DNA of 64,000 nucleotides from Euprymna scolopes (taxonomy: Eukaryota). This document shows positions 13,851-26,403 of this stretch, piece by piece; the stretch's first letter is position 1, and each line of letters begins with the position of its first letter. A program made the translations under genes and the position numbers. The stretch is taken from assembly GCA_053919585.1 (NCBI GenBank), contig CM132783.1; one strand, written 5' to 3'. The notes beneath the pieces were generated by a model. That model made no database searches. It was not told the DNA's origin and saw only the letters and a list, made by a program, of their open reading frames with translations.

Positions 13851-15309
13851 TCTCCCAAGAAGCAGAATAAGGAAAGAACAGGATTTCGTCAATTCTATTT
13901 TTAGAATCAAGGGGCGAAACATATAAATATATAAGAAATAATAATTCTCTCGTACGTGGCGTTTTGACCAAAAGTTCGACCGCTTAAAACGTGTTCGTAG
14001 ACAACCAAAGCGATATGTCACATTTCTGAAGTTGGCAAAGACGAAAAATAAGATACCTAAATTAATCCCTCGATAAAGCTATTTTGTATAACCCAAAACG
14101 GATGCCGACAGGCATGTTTAAAAAAAAAACAAATCGATAAATCTGCAAAGTCATCGTTTGGAACTTATGTCACCCACGTGGAACTGAAATGTGTCGCATG
14201 ACGTTGAAAGACTGAATTTGGTGATTGAAACTTTCTTTCCTCACAAGAGATTTTATTTGGATTAACTGTAGTAATCACAAATTGTCAAAAGAAAAGAATT
14301 ACTTTCTTTCACTGTCGAGCTGGAAATTGGACTTTTCCTCGTGTGGACAGGTTGCTGCCGTATACCTTTTGTCTTTCTGTTATAGGATTCTCTTACAGTT
14401 TGTATGTGAAAAATATTCCCCAATCCCATTAGCTCTGAATATATTTGTTTTTGTTAAATATTTCTTTCCCTTTGTCATTGATAAATTTAGTTTTATATGA
14501 TTTGAAAGTGGTTGTTTCGTTATCTCTTGCAAATGTTCGATTTTTGTGTTTATTTTGTATCCGCCTGTCTCACAGAAAATAATTGTTGTTATATTTGTTT
14601 CAAACCTATTTTGTATAAAAAAGGAAAAATCGACCCAATCTGGGGCCTATGAACATACCCCTAATGCAGAAGATTTATCTGCCTATGATAAACATTTGCT
14701 ATCCATAAATGCCCATGCATACGCCTGTTGTTGTATTCTAATGCATTTTATTGCCCCGGCCCGTATGTAATAATATTTTTTCTTTTTATTTCCATGATTC
14801 CTCTCATCTTTCATACATAACATTATTTATTTCCTTTTTTCAATGGTAGGTGTTTTCTTTCATTTAGTAATATGTTTATTCTTTTATATTTCCTCCTTTC
14901 GTAATTGGAATTCCCTGGCTTTCACCCTTTTTCATTAATTTATTCATTATTTTATTTTGTTTTCTCTTTTTATTTTTGTTTCGTCCCTGTACGATTATTC
15001 GCTACTGTTTTCATTCTCTTTATATCTTATTCCTTTCCCTCATGCACTTGTATTTTTCAACTTGATTCATTAATTTAGTTCGTTTTTACTTTATTATTTT
15101 TGACATACATTTATCTATTTTTGTTTTCATTCGGTCATTTTTGTCAGCTTTTCTACCTTAATGATATTCTTGATTCTCAATTGATTTTCTTGTTCTTTCT
15201 TTTCATGTCTTTCTTTTATCACTTTTTCGTAGACACATTTCACCGTTCATCCGTTCTCTTCTTTTCCTTATTCTTTTTGTTTTGGTGCTCTTGAATATAA
15301 TTCGATTTG

Positions 15310-16780
15310 GCCTGCCGCCTGAAAATCATACTTAAATGTGTGTTCGGTCATTCCACTATCTGACATTGGCTTTAACATCAAAGTTGACATATATTGCTAG
15401 CTTGTTTCTTTTGCCAGAGATGACAGCTTCCTTGCTTTGGTCAAATATATCTCCGTCCCATTTCAATTTGGCCAACCGCCCAACAACTCTCTCGGCAAGA
15501 ACCATTTGTAGATAGCTACCTTGTATGGTATTTTATATGATTAGACGCTAGTTGAAACGCACAGAGAATGCCAAAGAATTCAACGTCGTCTTATCCGGTT
15601 TCTTATTGGCAAATGCAGGATAATTGAAATTGGTGTAATTTAGATTCGGGCCAGAAGTATATTAAGTTCATCAAGTGAATTACGAGATTTGCGTCATAGA
15701 AATCCGATACGTTACTTTAGGAATATAAAACCTCCATGTCAATCTCAATTTTAACTTCACAATGCAATATGAATGGGTAAGTCGCTATTCCATCCCTCTC
15801 CGAAGCCTTTACTTCGCAAGGTGTATAATTATCCTATTTCTAAGATCGACTTTTAAAGGATCTGTGAATTTTATTTTCCTTCACAAGTTTCTTGGGTTTG
15901 TTAGATGTAGAAGTGTCGTATATCATCTCAATGCCTTTTTTCATGTGTTGCGTAGTTTGATCGTTCTGCAGACGATTTTTATCTGATTAACGTGTGTTTT
16001 ATGCGTGAATGTCGGGCCTTGGCTAATGTACCACATGTCTCTGATTATTTTGTCTCTTTTACTATGTTCAACCAAAATCGTCTTGTTTTTGTTTGTTTTG
16101 TGAAACCAAATTTCTCCTCTGGGTCATAGCATTGCTTAGCTACAATAGACGCTCATAATTGTGTTTGTTTTGGTAAAAGTTCTCCAAATACGAGTAGTAT
16201 ATGCCGCTGAGACATAGGACCCGCTGAGGATACTGCTTATTGTGTGTCATGATAAGGTGTGAGCCTTGTAGAATGTTTTGCAATGCCGTTCCTGTAGCTG
16301 TGTTGCATGGTTTCTAGAGTACTTGTTACAATGTAGCGCCGACGCATTCAACTTGTCCCGTAAATAGCGGTGGTAGAGGCGACTCGTGACATGATCAATT
16401 AGATGGCCTCACAGATCTCCTTCAAATCCCTGGACGTAAATTGCGTTTCTGTTGTCGTGTATTAAACAATCGACAACCTCAAACCAGGCCAAAATTCACG
16501 AGGGAAATTAATAACTACTGCTGTATTGGGGCTTTTATATCTAGGTATTTCCAGCAAAGTTTTGTAGTTGTCCAGCACAAGTAAGTACTAATAATCCTCC
16601 AGTAACTCTGCAAAATTTACACAAATTCTAGACCAGATTTGGTTTGTTTAGGCTGATGGTGTTACAGTGCTTCGATATGCCCTTGCAATCAAGTAACATG
16701 AATGAGTCGACTATGTTTTTGATAAGTTTATTTTCCATTAGCCAAATTACGTAACTATGCAAAAGGCTCCTCATTCTGTT
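15310..16780 (+). mobile_element. Very decayed LINE ORF2 (APE endonuclease to RT start)
   Basis: Faint motifs in the expected order: GFNIKV (~GDFNAKV), KSLDVN (~KSPGPDG), FG.../VDY.FDK (~GFR...D..KAFD). Confidence 0.3.
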
Positions 16781-17939
16781 TATTTCTGTGTTCCCATATG
16801 AAAACGATTCATAATTCTTTTTTTAATGCATTTGGTATGACACACGTCTTGCTGTTTAGTAAGACGCTATCACACATAGTAAAACTGTCCTATATTTGCC
16901 GGTCTTTATTTGTGATTTTCTGTTTTGTTGCACTATTTATTTATTGTGCTATGCGTTTAATCTCATGTTATGTGACCGGAACGCTACTGATAATATTGCA
17001 ACGTCGTGTTCTTAATTTAATTTTCACGCTAAGAAAGCAATAACTGAGTCTTCAAGAGGTTAATGTTATTGCTCGGGACCAACCTTGAAAGTTCGTTTGA
17101 ATTTGCGATTAGCTTGGGGTAGATTAACTCTAACTTGAAATTGTATTTCAGTAGAGTAGTGCCCAACTTCAGCAGTCTGTTTACTGTGTAGAAAGGAAAC
17201 CTTTTTTTCGACCCAAAGGTAGTCGATAGATGTTTATGGTAATTTTGTTATATAAAAACAATCATCAGTGTAATCTATGAAATTTTGTAACTGCAAAGAA
17301 TAGCAATAACTTTTTTCTCAATTGTGAATAGTACTTCTTTGCATGGAGCCAAAGTTTTGACTCGTTGTGCAATCGTTTTCCCTTTTCGTTCGGCATTTTA
17401 TGTAAGATACATGATCTTCTTCCGCATGTGCTCGCATCGCTAGAGACTATTATATCTAGTTTGGTTGAAAGTAAATTTGGAATAGATCTGACGGTAATTT
17501 TATATTACATTGCAATGCCGCTCTTTTCTTTTGACTCAGTCAGTGAGAACGTAGGTCGTGCATACTCAGAAGGCATGTCGTCTAATAGTTTGCGAAACCC
17601 TAAAAGGCGTGTAGTTTTGTAAAATTTATTGGAGCCGGCATATCATTTATATTTTTGTTCTCTTTTAGTCTAATTTTCCATTGATATTTTGAAAAAGAAC
17701 TCGAGACCTGTTGCGGCAGCTACAAAAGCAATCAAACTATTAACAGAGGGACTAATTTCTCAAATAACGGCCGAAGCCGTAGCAATAATGGGAATACATA
17801 TGACCAAAGAGTACGATGACGAATACGCTATTATCGTTAGAATAAGCTAAACCACATAGCTAAGAATTGTTCAGGAAACTAGTGTGGGGAAAAATATTGT
17901 CATTACCTTTTTCTCGGGTCAGTCAGTAGATGCAGCGTA

Positions 17940-20900
17940 GCTTGTAATTTACGTGACAGTTGATGGCGCACAGTGCTCAGCGCTCGTCGAAACCGGGTCT
18001 TAGTGTGAATCTATGTCGGGCGGGGAGCGATTAACTAATAAGAATTTGAACGATTAATTAAGTGTCCTAGGCTTGCTGTGGAGTGGGTAGTGTGTCGATC
18101 TTCACAGAAGGGCGCGTTCAAGCTAAAGTCAATTTCTGATGGTTTGTCTAAAGCCTATCGTTTTCGACCTGCTGCTTAGAATCGCGCAAATTGAGCGTTG
18201 GGGGGCATTACAGTAATTCTGGCCAGAGAGTGAAAATGGATTGGAGAAAGAGGGTGTTTATAACTTAAACCCGATTTCAACGTCTCTTTCAATTCTGACG
18301 AGTAAGAGTGGACTGTCAGATGGAAATGGCCCCTAAAAATGGTCAGTTCATCTCTATAACAAGGCTCTAGCGTATAACGCGGTAATAACCTCAGAGAAAT
18401 GAACGAGGAGAAACTGGAACTTTGCATCGTAAACAGCTTGCTGATTTCATATTCCCAGGAGATATTACAGCCCCCATATTTGGCAGTCGTGAGACAGCAA
18501 CCACAGAAGGTACGTCCAGTGTTGGACTACGTGAATCAAATGGCTTCCTGAATGTTTTCACTGTCAACGCAGGAGTATATGCAAAAAGGTTAAGACAATG
18601 ACGGCGACAAGAAATTAATGTATCACTTAGATTTACGAAAACCATATTTTTTAGATTCACGTCGACGAGGCATTTTGGCAACTTAAAACTGTCCTTTCCA
18701 AGAGACTGCACTTTTGTCTCACGCGATGAGGATTTGTATCAACGTGGCGATTCTCATTATAAAATCTGTTATAGACGCTATCATATCCGAAGACCACAAA
18801 ATCGAGCGTACTGTGGCAGTGTATGTTGATGACATTTCAATGAATGAAAGTATCGTCCCTATATTGCGTGTGCGTCAAAATTTTTAGGATTTCGGTTAGA
18901 GCCGGAGTTTTGGGCTTGCAGGTTCGGCAAGAAAGTGCTCATCCTCCGTTGGAAACGATGAAATCGAATTCCTGAAATACATGATCTTCCGACTTTACGA
19001 CGCCTGTTTTCTCTGTATAAGAAACTTGTTAGTGATTTTTCCGTGTGTAGATCGCTCAGGGTGGCAGTCGCAAACAAAGGATCGGACGACGAGATCGAAG
19101 TGCATTCTTTCTGTCGCATATTACTGGAGTTGCTGAGCACGATACGAGAGTAGGGCCCTGTCAAAGGAGACTGGCGCTTGGGCAGCAGCGTAATTAGACT
19201 CTGGATAGTTGCAACTTCCGTACCAACAGGAGTGGCATTGTAGGCAAGTGGAAATGTCATCGAATGTGCGTATTGCCTGCGTCCGTCCACCAATGCCAGC
19301 CATATGATTTTAGTCGAGTTGAAAGTAGCCCTCAGGGCGGTGAACTTGGTCATTTATGGGAGGACACGACATTACACAAGGTAACGAACTCGGCGGGCGT
19401 GAACCGGTGGATTTTCGACACTCTGGCTGGAAAGGCACGGATGAATACAAAGGTTGCTGGCGAGATGCTGGTTAGGCGACGGTTGGGAACCATGCAATCA
19501 CTGGTAGAACAGTATCAATTGACCATGAAATAGACGCCTGTGCAGTCCTGTAAAAAGTACGCAGATCGCCTCACCAGAATATCTGGTAGGTGGCTGGCTT
19601 TGCTAAAAGAAAAAAGAGACAGCGCTTGAATGCTGCGCAGCAGTAGAAATACGAGCAGATGAAGACGAGGTAGCAAGGTGCCTATTGTTAAAGCGGAGAT
19701 CCGGGTGTGATTAATATATTCGCAGGTATCCAAAGGGAATGTGAAATATGTTGTAAAACCCTACGAAACCTACCAGCAGATCGATTCGGTACCCTTTTCG
19801 CTGGACAAGGTGATATTTTTTTACGTTTATCGATCGCGGCCAAACTAGTTTGCAATATGACGGCCGTTGTGTCGGCAAAATGCGTCCACTGTCATCCCAC
19901 AGTTAGAGAGTGTCTTCTTTGTAGCGAGGCCTCACAATGGAGATACTAACCAACAATAGTGCTGCGTTTACTAGTGAAGAGCTCAAGAAATGTGTGGATA
20001 GTTGGAACGTACATCTTCGGTTTCGATTTGCCTACTTGTAGAGTGGGAATGGGATCATCGAACGAATCCACAGAACATTCAAGATTGTCGAAATCAGGAA
20101 GGACTGTACAGTGTCTGAGGTGCTCTTCTGGTACAACGTCCTTCCTAAAGATTACGTTTTCCCGTCAACAGCACCGAACGACTCATTGCATAGCTACCAT
20201 ATCAGAGTGAAAGGCTTTGAATGTGATTTTCATCAAAGAAGCAAGCGACCTCGCGTTTCTGCCTTGTGTGACTGTACAAACGATAAATAATCGACACTCA
20301 TCTCGGAAACGTTCTTATGCCTGTCTGCGGGCTCAGAAAAAAGAAACATCAAAAAGATCAAAGATGGCGTCCGTGATCTTTCAAAGTCCTCGATCTCGTA
20401 CAGTTCACGCATGACCACATGACACACCTGCTTATGAGGCATGCCCGGACGCGATAAAAAAAAGGTCGCTGGGAGGAGTTAGCGTACAGTGAACAGTGAT
20501 CTGCGTCTCGTCAGACGTTTTATGTAACCTGTGTATTGAGATTTGCTTTGCGCCTCGTCAGACCTTTTCTTTTAATTTTGCTACATAGAAACCAACACAC
20601 TGCCCGAACTGGAAAGGGTCGCAGATAAGTTTAACAAGTAAGATGTCGTTTCGGTCAAAAACCCGCGTGTCAGGTGTACCACAGGATATGGTACCTGGCA
20701 CGTCGCTGACGTACCTAGTTCGCAATCACTGCGGGTTTATGGTGTTCCCCATCACGGCCGACGACGCAATCGCAATCACCATTGGATGACGAAAGCGAAT
20801 CGTATTCGAGACCATTGTCATTGCTCTAGTTTACGTAAACTTCATCAGACAGTCATTCGGATATTAGCAACCTCTTGTCAGCCGGGGTGATTCCCGACCC

Positions 20901-21021
20901 TCAGGCTGTAAACGAAAGGAAACGTGAGGACGAAATTTGTGGCGTTCCTCTACGGAAGAGTGGCCGATGAAGACGATTGCCACCTCCCTGCCTCGTCGGT
21001 AATCATGCGATCAGAGAGGAG
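17940..21021 (+). mobile_element. Decayed Ty3/gypsy LTR retrotransposon pol (PR-RT-RH-IN order)
   Basis: ALVETGS (protease, ~17980), EWTVRWKW, KVRPVLDY, YVDDI (18822), RNase H GKARMNTKVAGEMLVRRRL, integrase EILTNNSAAF and GNGIIERIHRTFK (~20045), C-terminal DVVSVKNPRVRCTT. Many stops and frameshifts. Confidence 0.9.
20222..20585. mobile_element. Solo LTR nested in the gypsy integrase
   Basis: TG...CA termini, 5-bp TSD TTGAA/TAGAA (one mismatch). Removing it restores the integrase frame. Confidence 0.75.
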
Positions 21022-21300
21022 TGTAAGGAAAATTGTGAAAACCAAAAAAATAGATTACTGTTTAAGCGACCGCGGTGTGTGCGTCCTGTTTACTAAAGCT
21101 ACCCGGAGGAGGAGAGAAAGAATCAAGATGGCGATATCCGCAACTTTTTTAACTAAGTAATCCCGCAAAGTAACGCAAAATCTCGCTGCTTAACTGAATA
21201 AAATGGGGGTTGCGGGAGGAACGCGGGCAGATAGTTTCGAGAATATTTGAAGACGGTTGTACGAGAATCCTTGAAGAGTGTTGTTGCGTGTTACTGGGTC
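21022..21300 (+). mobile_element. 3' LTR of the gypsy element (right boundary uncertain)
   Basis: Purine tract AGAGAGGAG then TGTAAG. AATAAA near 21198. Shares AATCAAGATGGCG with the LTR at 55333-55694. Confidence 0.5.
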
Positions 21301-22899
21301 TCTTTGATTTCTTGCAGTATTTAAATCCTTTCCTTTCCTTTTTTGTGTTAAGGTATATACGCGAAATCAGGACGAACCAATATAGTATGCATAACTTTTT
21401 TGGAAATGGCGGACATTACCTTGACTAAAACTTTCGAATTTAAATAACCTGTTATTGCTTTTAATACAAAGAAACTTCTAGCAATGTTCGTTGACTCGAA
21501 TATGTAGGTAGATCGTATTTAAAAACTATCTTTCTTCTATTTAGGTTAGTGAAAACAACTTAATGTTTTATGTTAGTTATTTAGTATTAAATTGAACTCT
21601 GGCTGAAATTAGCACATACGCGGATTCTTTTAGAATTATACTTGACATAAAGGTTAGGGGCTGCCGATTGAGTGAAATCATCTATTGGTGTAATCTGAAT
21701 ATAAAAAGTATTCCATGCTTTTCATTAATTTTATCCAATGTAGCGAACCGCACATTCCGTTTGTTTCTTTAATTCTGCTCGCGTATTATCTTTGCATTTG
21801 AATCTGGCACACATTTTTATGCATTATTTTACAAACCAGCTGATAAAACCTCAGTAAACTTTCTTTTAATTTTGGCATTAGATTTTTTTCTCACTTGTTA
21901 GTTTTACAATTTTTTACAAAACGTATTCATAGACCAATTTTTAAATTTATATTCTTGAATCACAAATATATTCCTGCGTTTTTTGAACGAGAAATTTTCT
22001 TTATTTTTGTCGAAGAATTATTTGTAAAATTGAAAAAATCTTCGAGAGTTACCCTTCTGGTTCCTTTGCAAGAATTTTGCGTGTTGGATCTTTTTTTATC
22101 TTAAAATATTTGCAAATTTATAATTGATAAATGATATCCATAAGCTAACTAGAAATTTACGTTTTTATTTTCATCAGCACATATTTTCGTTATTTGCGTT
22201 TTTTCGTTTTTTTACTTTTTTTTTGTTTTATCGTCGTTTTGTTTTTATAGTATTTGACGTTTCATTTTGATTTTGCTATACAATTGGTGAGTTTATGTTC
22301 AATTCTGTTACATTATTTTTTTGTGCAATATTGAACGTATTTTCCCCAATGCTTTGTACTGGATCAGTAGCATGTGTTTTCTGACGACTTACTTCGGGTT
22401 TAGTGAATTGTCTTTTCTGTGTGTAGAAGAGCATCATGTCCTTTCTCTAGAGAATATTATTTTGGCTATTTCTGCTGTAATCTTACGCACGTGACGCTAG
22501 AATCTCTAATGTTTTTTTAATCCTATTTAAAGCTACTTACGTGTTTATATCCTACGCCAATAAAACACTCATTTAAGCTAGTTTAAAATCTATTGGTGCA
22601 AATGTAAATAACCACTCGTAAACTTTATTGATTAAATTTAAATTGATGGCCTTCAAATATATAAAGAAAATGTTAATTCAGATATAATTCACTAATACAG
22701 ATGAAAGAATGTGCCATGTAATAGTCGTGGGCGACATGAAATTGTTTGAAAAAATCAAAAAGGAACGAGAAACGCTAATAAACATAACTAGAATTTTCAG
22801 TCAAAAGATACGAATGAAATTCTATACGGGCACGTTTGTATCAGGGACCAGGGGAGGCAACGAAAGGCAGATGACTGCGCAAAAAAGGGAGATGATGGC

Positions 22900-23830
22900 A
22901 CTAACTTAACATGGCAGCTATACTCTTTTGGATACCTGGAAGCAGACACAATCCAGGCAATAAAAACGAAAAAGAAAACAGGAAAGGAATCCTTAGAAGA
23001 ACGAGAAAACGCATAGAAACTAAACTAAATATCAAAACATAATAAAACATACGACATCATCATTAGTAAGATACTTTGAATTGTTTATAGGCTGGACTAA
23101 AGGAAAATTGATACATTTGACTAGAACACCAAAAAACTCATGACTATATAAAATGCACCACGTCCGAATTATGATGCTGATGCACTCTATGATGAAAGAT
23201 AAGACGGGAGCAATACGACTGGTTTGCATAGAAGACTGTGTAAATGACATACAAAATTACTACAAAAATACATAATTCAGAACACCGAAATAATTTTTAA
23301 AAAAGCTGGGAAAGATTGATAGACGGTTGAGGAGATAGAACTGATAAAAATATTAAAAACGGCTCAAATATTAATGAATAATCTAGAATGCGGAGAGTAA
23401 TAAATATGAGCTACAAAGTTTAAAAAGATAACATTATGCTGATTAAAAATCCAACGAAACACCACATGGTATCATGAAAATGGCAACTGAAAAATTGTAA
23501 AGGTTGTCCCCCACCATGCGCAAGCTCCTCTCTAATTGTAGCCCTTCCACAAACAGATGCCACACAAAATAATCGAGGATGATCTAAAAGGATAGACAAA
23601 CAGAGGTAAAAACACTACCTGGGCCACTATTAGATCAGTGAAAAGAATTAGAACCTTATTCCTACTCAAGCTCCGGTGAAGACCAAACATCGGTATTAAC
23701 AAGAAGTCTATGGTAAATGACTTTTGCGATAACGCAAATTAAGTTGCAAATTTTATCGAAAAAGAGGGTGAGTACTAAGAATATCCGGAGACTCGTTGTC
23801 ATTCAAACTGCAGGTAACACTACAGGTTTT
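22900..23830 (+). mobile_element. R4/Dong-like (RLE-type) non-LTR retrotransposon remnant
   Basis: LEADTIQ, RRTRKRIETKL, GWTKGKL..NTKKLMTIYKMHH and GLVCIEDCV resemble the post-RT region of R4-like elements. Confidence 0.65.
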
Positions 23831-25044
23831 TCTCAAAGAGAAATTCTTGATGGTGGCATAACTCCTAGTGAGTAATAATTAGACGAATAATGGCGAAACA
23901 TGAAGATGTAAATATCGCACAAAAAATCGTCAGAGCATTATTAGCAATCATAACAATGTCCGAAAAAAGAATGGGAGAAATCGGAGCCAAGTGATAGGTT
24001 GGGAAAATATCAACAAATAGAAATACATGAAACAAGAGAAACACAAGGGAAACTCATCGACTGCGGCGGCTCATCAATATGAATGAAGAAAACGCGAACC
24101 GGCATTATAGAAATTGCATGAGATACAAAATAACACACTGACAGAGAAACCCACCATGTAAACACGTTAACTTCAACAACAAACTTGTAAGTAAACTACC
24201 CGCTCCAAAATTGTAGTGTCAGCATCGTCTATCACCATACCAATTTATTCGAAATAGGTTTAAGAAAAATAGAAATACTAGACAGACTTTAACATGATGA
24301 GTTGGAGAAATTTTAGACATTGGAGAGACTTCATGTCATAGTCAGCCATCTGGTGCTGGCCAGGTTCAGCGTTGCTTACATTCGGAGATCTGGCGAAAAC
24401 CGGTGTGTCCACGTGATTGTGCCGTATTATTTTTCCTTGACACTAATGATCGTTGCCAGCTATGATTATAAATTTTATTTGACACTAATGATCATTGCCA
24501 GCAAGAAATCGATAGCAAACGGATATTGCGGTAGTGTATATACATTTACAGAGAACATGCAAAGAGGTGGAGACTACTGCCAACTAGGGGAGGAATGTTT
24601 TCACACAGACGCTAGGGAACATCACCGGGTTTGGTCAGTAAGAATCTTCTGATAATGACGTGTGGGAACATTTAGTGAGTAAATATATTTATGTACTCTG
24701 AGTATTTCCAATTGTATTGCATGGACAGTTTAAAATCGTGCTGCAGGTAAATTGTAATGCATATGCGCTTAAAAACGGACATCATCTGCACGACTCATTA
24801 ACATAGTCGAAATGTTTCAGTATAAATACTAACTGAATTTTAAGATTTTATCCGCTTATTTGTACTGATGACTTTGAAATATATTACGGTAATAGAGACA
24901 TATTTCTAATTGACGTCATTATATTAAATATTTGTAAATTTATTTCGATAAAATTACTTTTTCTTTCTGATGGTAGGACTATCCAAAAAGATTGCACTAT
25001 GCTTTCCACTTTTTTTCTATACATATAATTATATAAATGCATTC

Positions 25045-25129
<85 letters not shown>

Positions 25130-26343
25130 CATATCATTGGATATTTTTTATACTACGATACTGCGATTAAATACAGAGACTAATTTCTTATACTTTTATG
25201 AAATACATAACTATCTGAATAATTTTTTTTTGTTATTATGTGCCTTTTATTTACAAGTAGTTGGGTATGTAGCAGATATGTTAAAAACATTAAACATAGG
25301 CGGGCATGTAGACAAAATTCTTATTAAAAAAAACGCCGGATTTCAAGCATTTTTATTACAGTGCGATGGGGCATGAGTGTCAAACGGTTTTCGAAACCTT
25401 AAGTATGCATAAAGACAATCGCATTTAAGTAATGTTCAATGATGAAGCAGCAAATCAGTTTAAGTGTCTTTTTTTTAAAATGTAAACTTGTAAATTGTAA
25501 ACGTTATCATTTCAAGTATATATGTTAGTAGTTGCTGTTTTTTTATCGTGGGACTGAATGCATTATATGAGTCAAATTAATGTTATTCAAACAGTCTGAC
25601 TAACATTTACAAGGCAAGAATTTACTAAGAGATACATGTCGTTAACTCATCTGCATGCAACTAGAACTATGTAAGCTAGTACTAACCTTCCTATTGTTCG
25701 GCGTAGACGAATACGCTGGAGCCTTTCCTGCTGTCCGATGGAACTGGTGTTTTGATATGCAAAGATGCTAAAACAGAATCTGTGAAACGGCTCAGTGGAA
25801 TCCAACGGCTCTCAACACTGTCGAAAGTAAACCTGAACTTCTGCTTTACCTTCGCCAAACTGGTAGCACTGTTTTTTTAATTATTTAATCGTATAGTGTT
25901 TGCTTTTGCTGATGACTGTGTTGACAAAGAGTTACTCATTTGTTCTCGCTTAGGTTCAACGGTTTTTATTGGGATGTATATGAAAATTTGTATCACCTCC
26001 TAGTACATTTCCATTCATTTGGAAATCAATCAATCTCATTAATATGTGTTCCAGAGTGATATTGAGTCCTGATAACTGCTGACCGACACTGATAAAAATA
26101 AATTTATAGGAATCATATGTAGTTTTGGCAACGCCCAAAGTAATTAATACCGAACGTAGTTATTCACATTCCAAACAGCACAAATTTGTAATATAAAAAT
26201 GTTAAAAAAGACGATCAAATTAAACTTTTATTGTCATATTTGTAGATATGTATTTGTGGGATGCTCTTCCCTGTAGGTATATTAAGGAATACCGCTAGGA
26301 AATCATGAAATGGGATTAGTCGTTCAAATGATTCGCGTTATAG

Positions 26344-26403
26344 ATACATCCAACTCCCAGAATTAATCAGGCCGAAGCGGAGAAGATGCTGTTGTGTCAT
26401 GTG
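26344..26403 (+). CDS. Candidate 60-nt exon ending in a polybasic/CAAX-like motif (YIQLPELIRPKRRRCCCVM)
   Basis: tatAG acceptor, TG|GTATGT donor, length a multiple of 3. No homology evidence. Confidence 0.3.
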
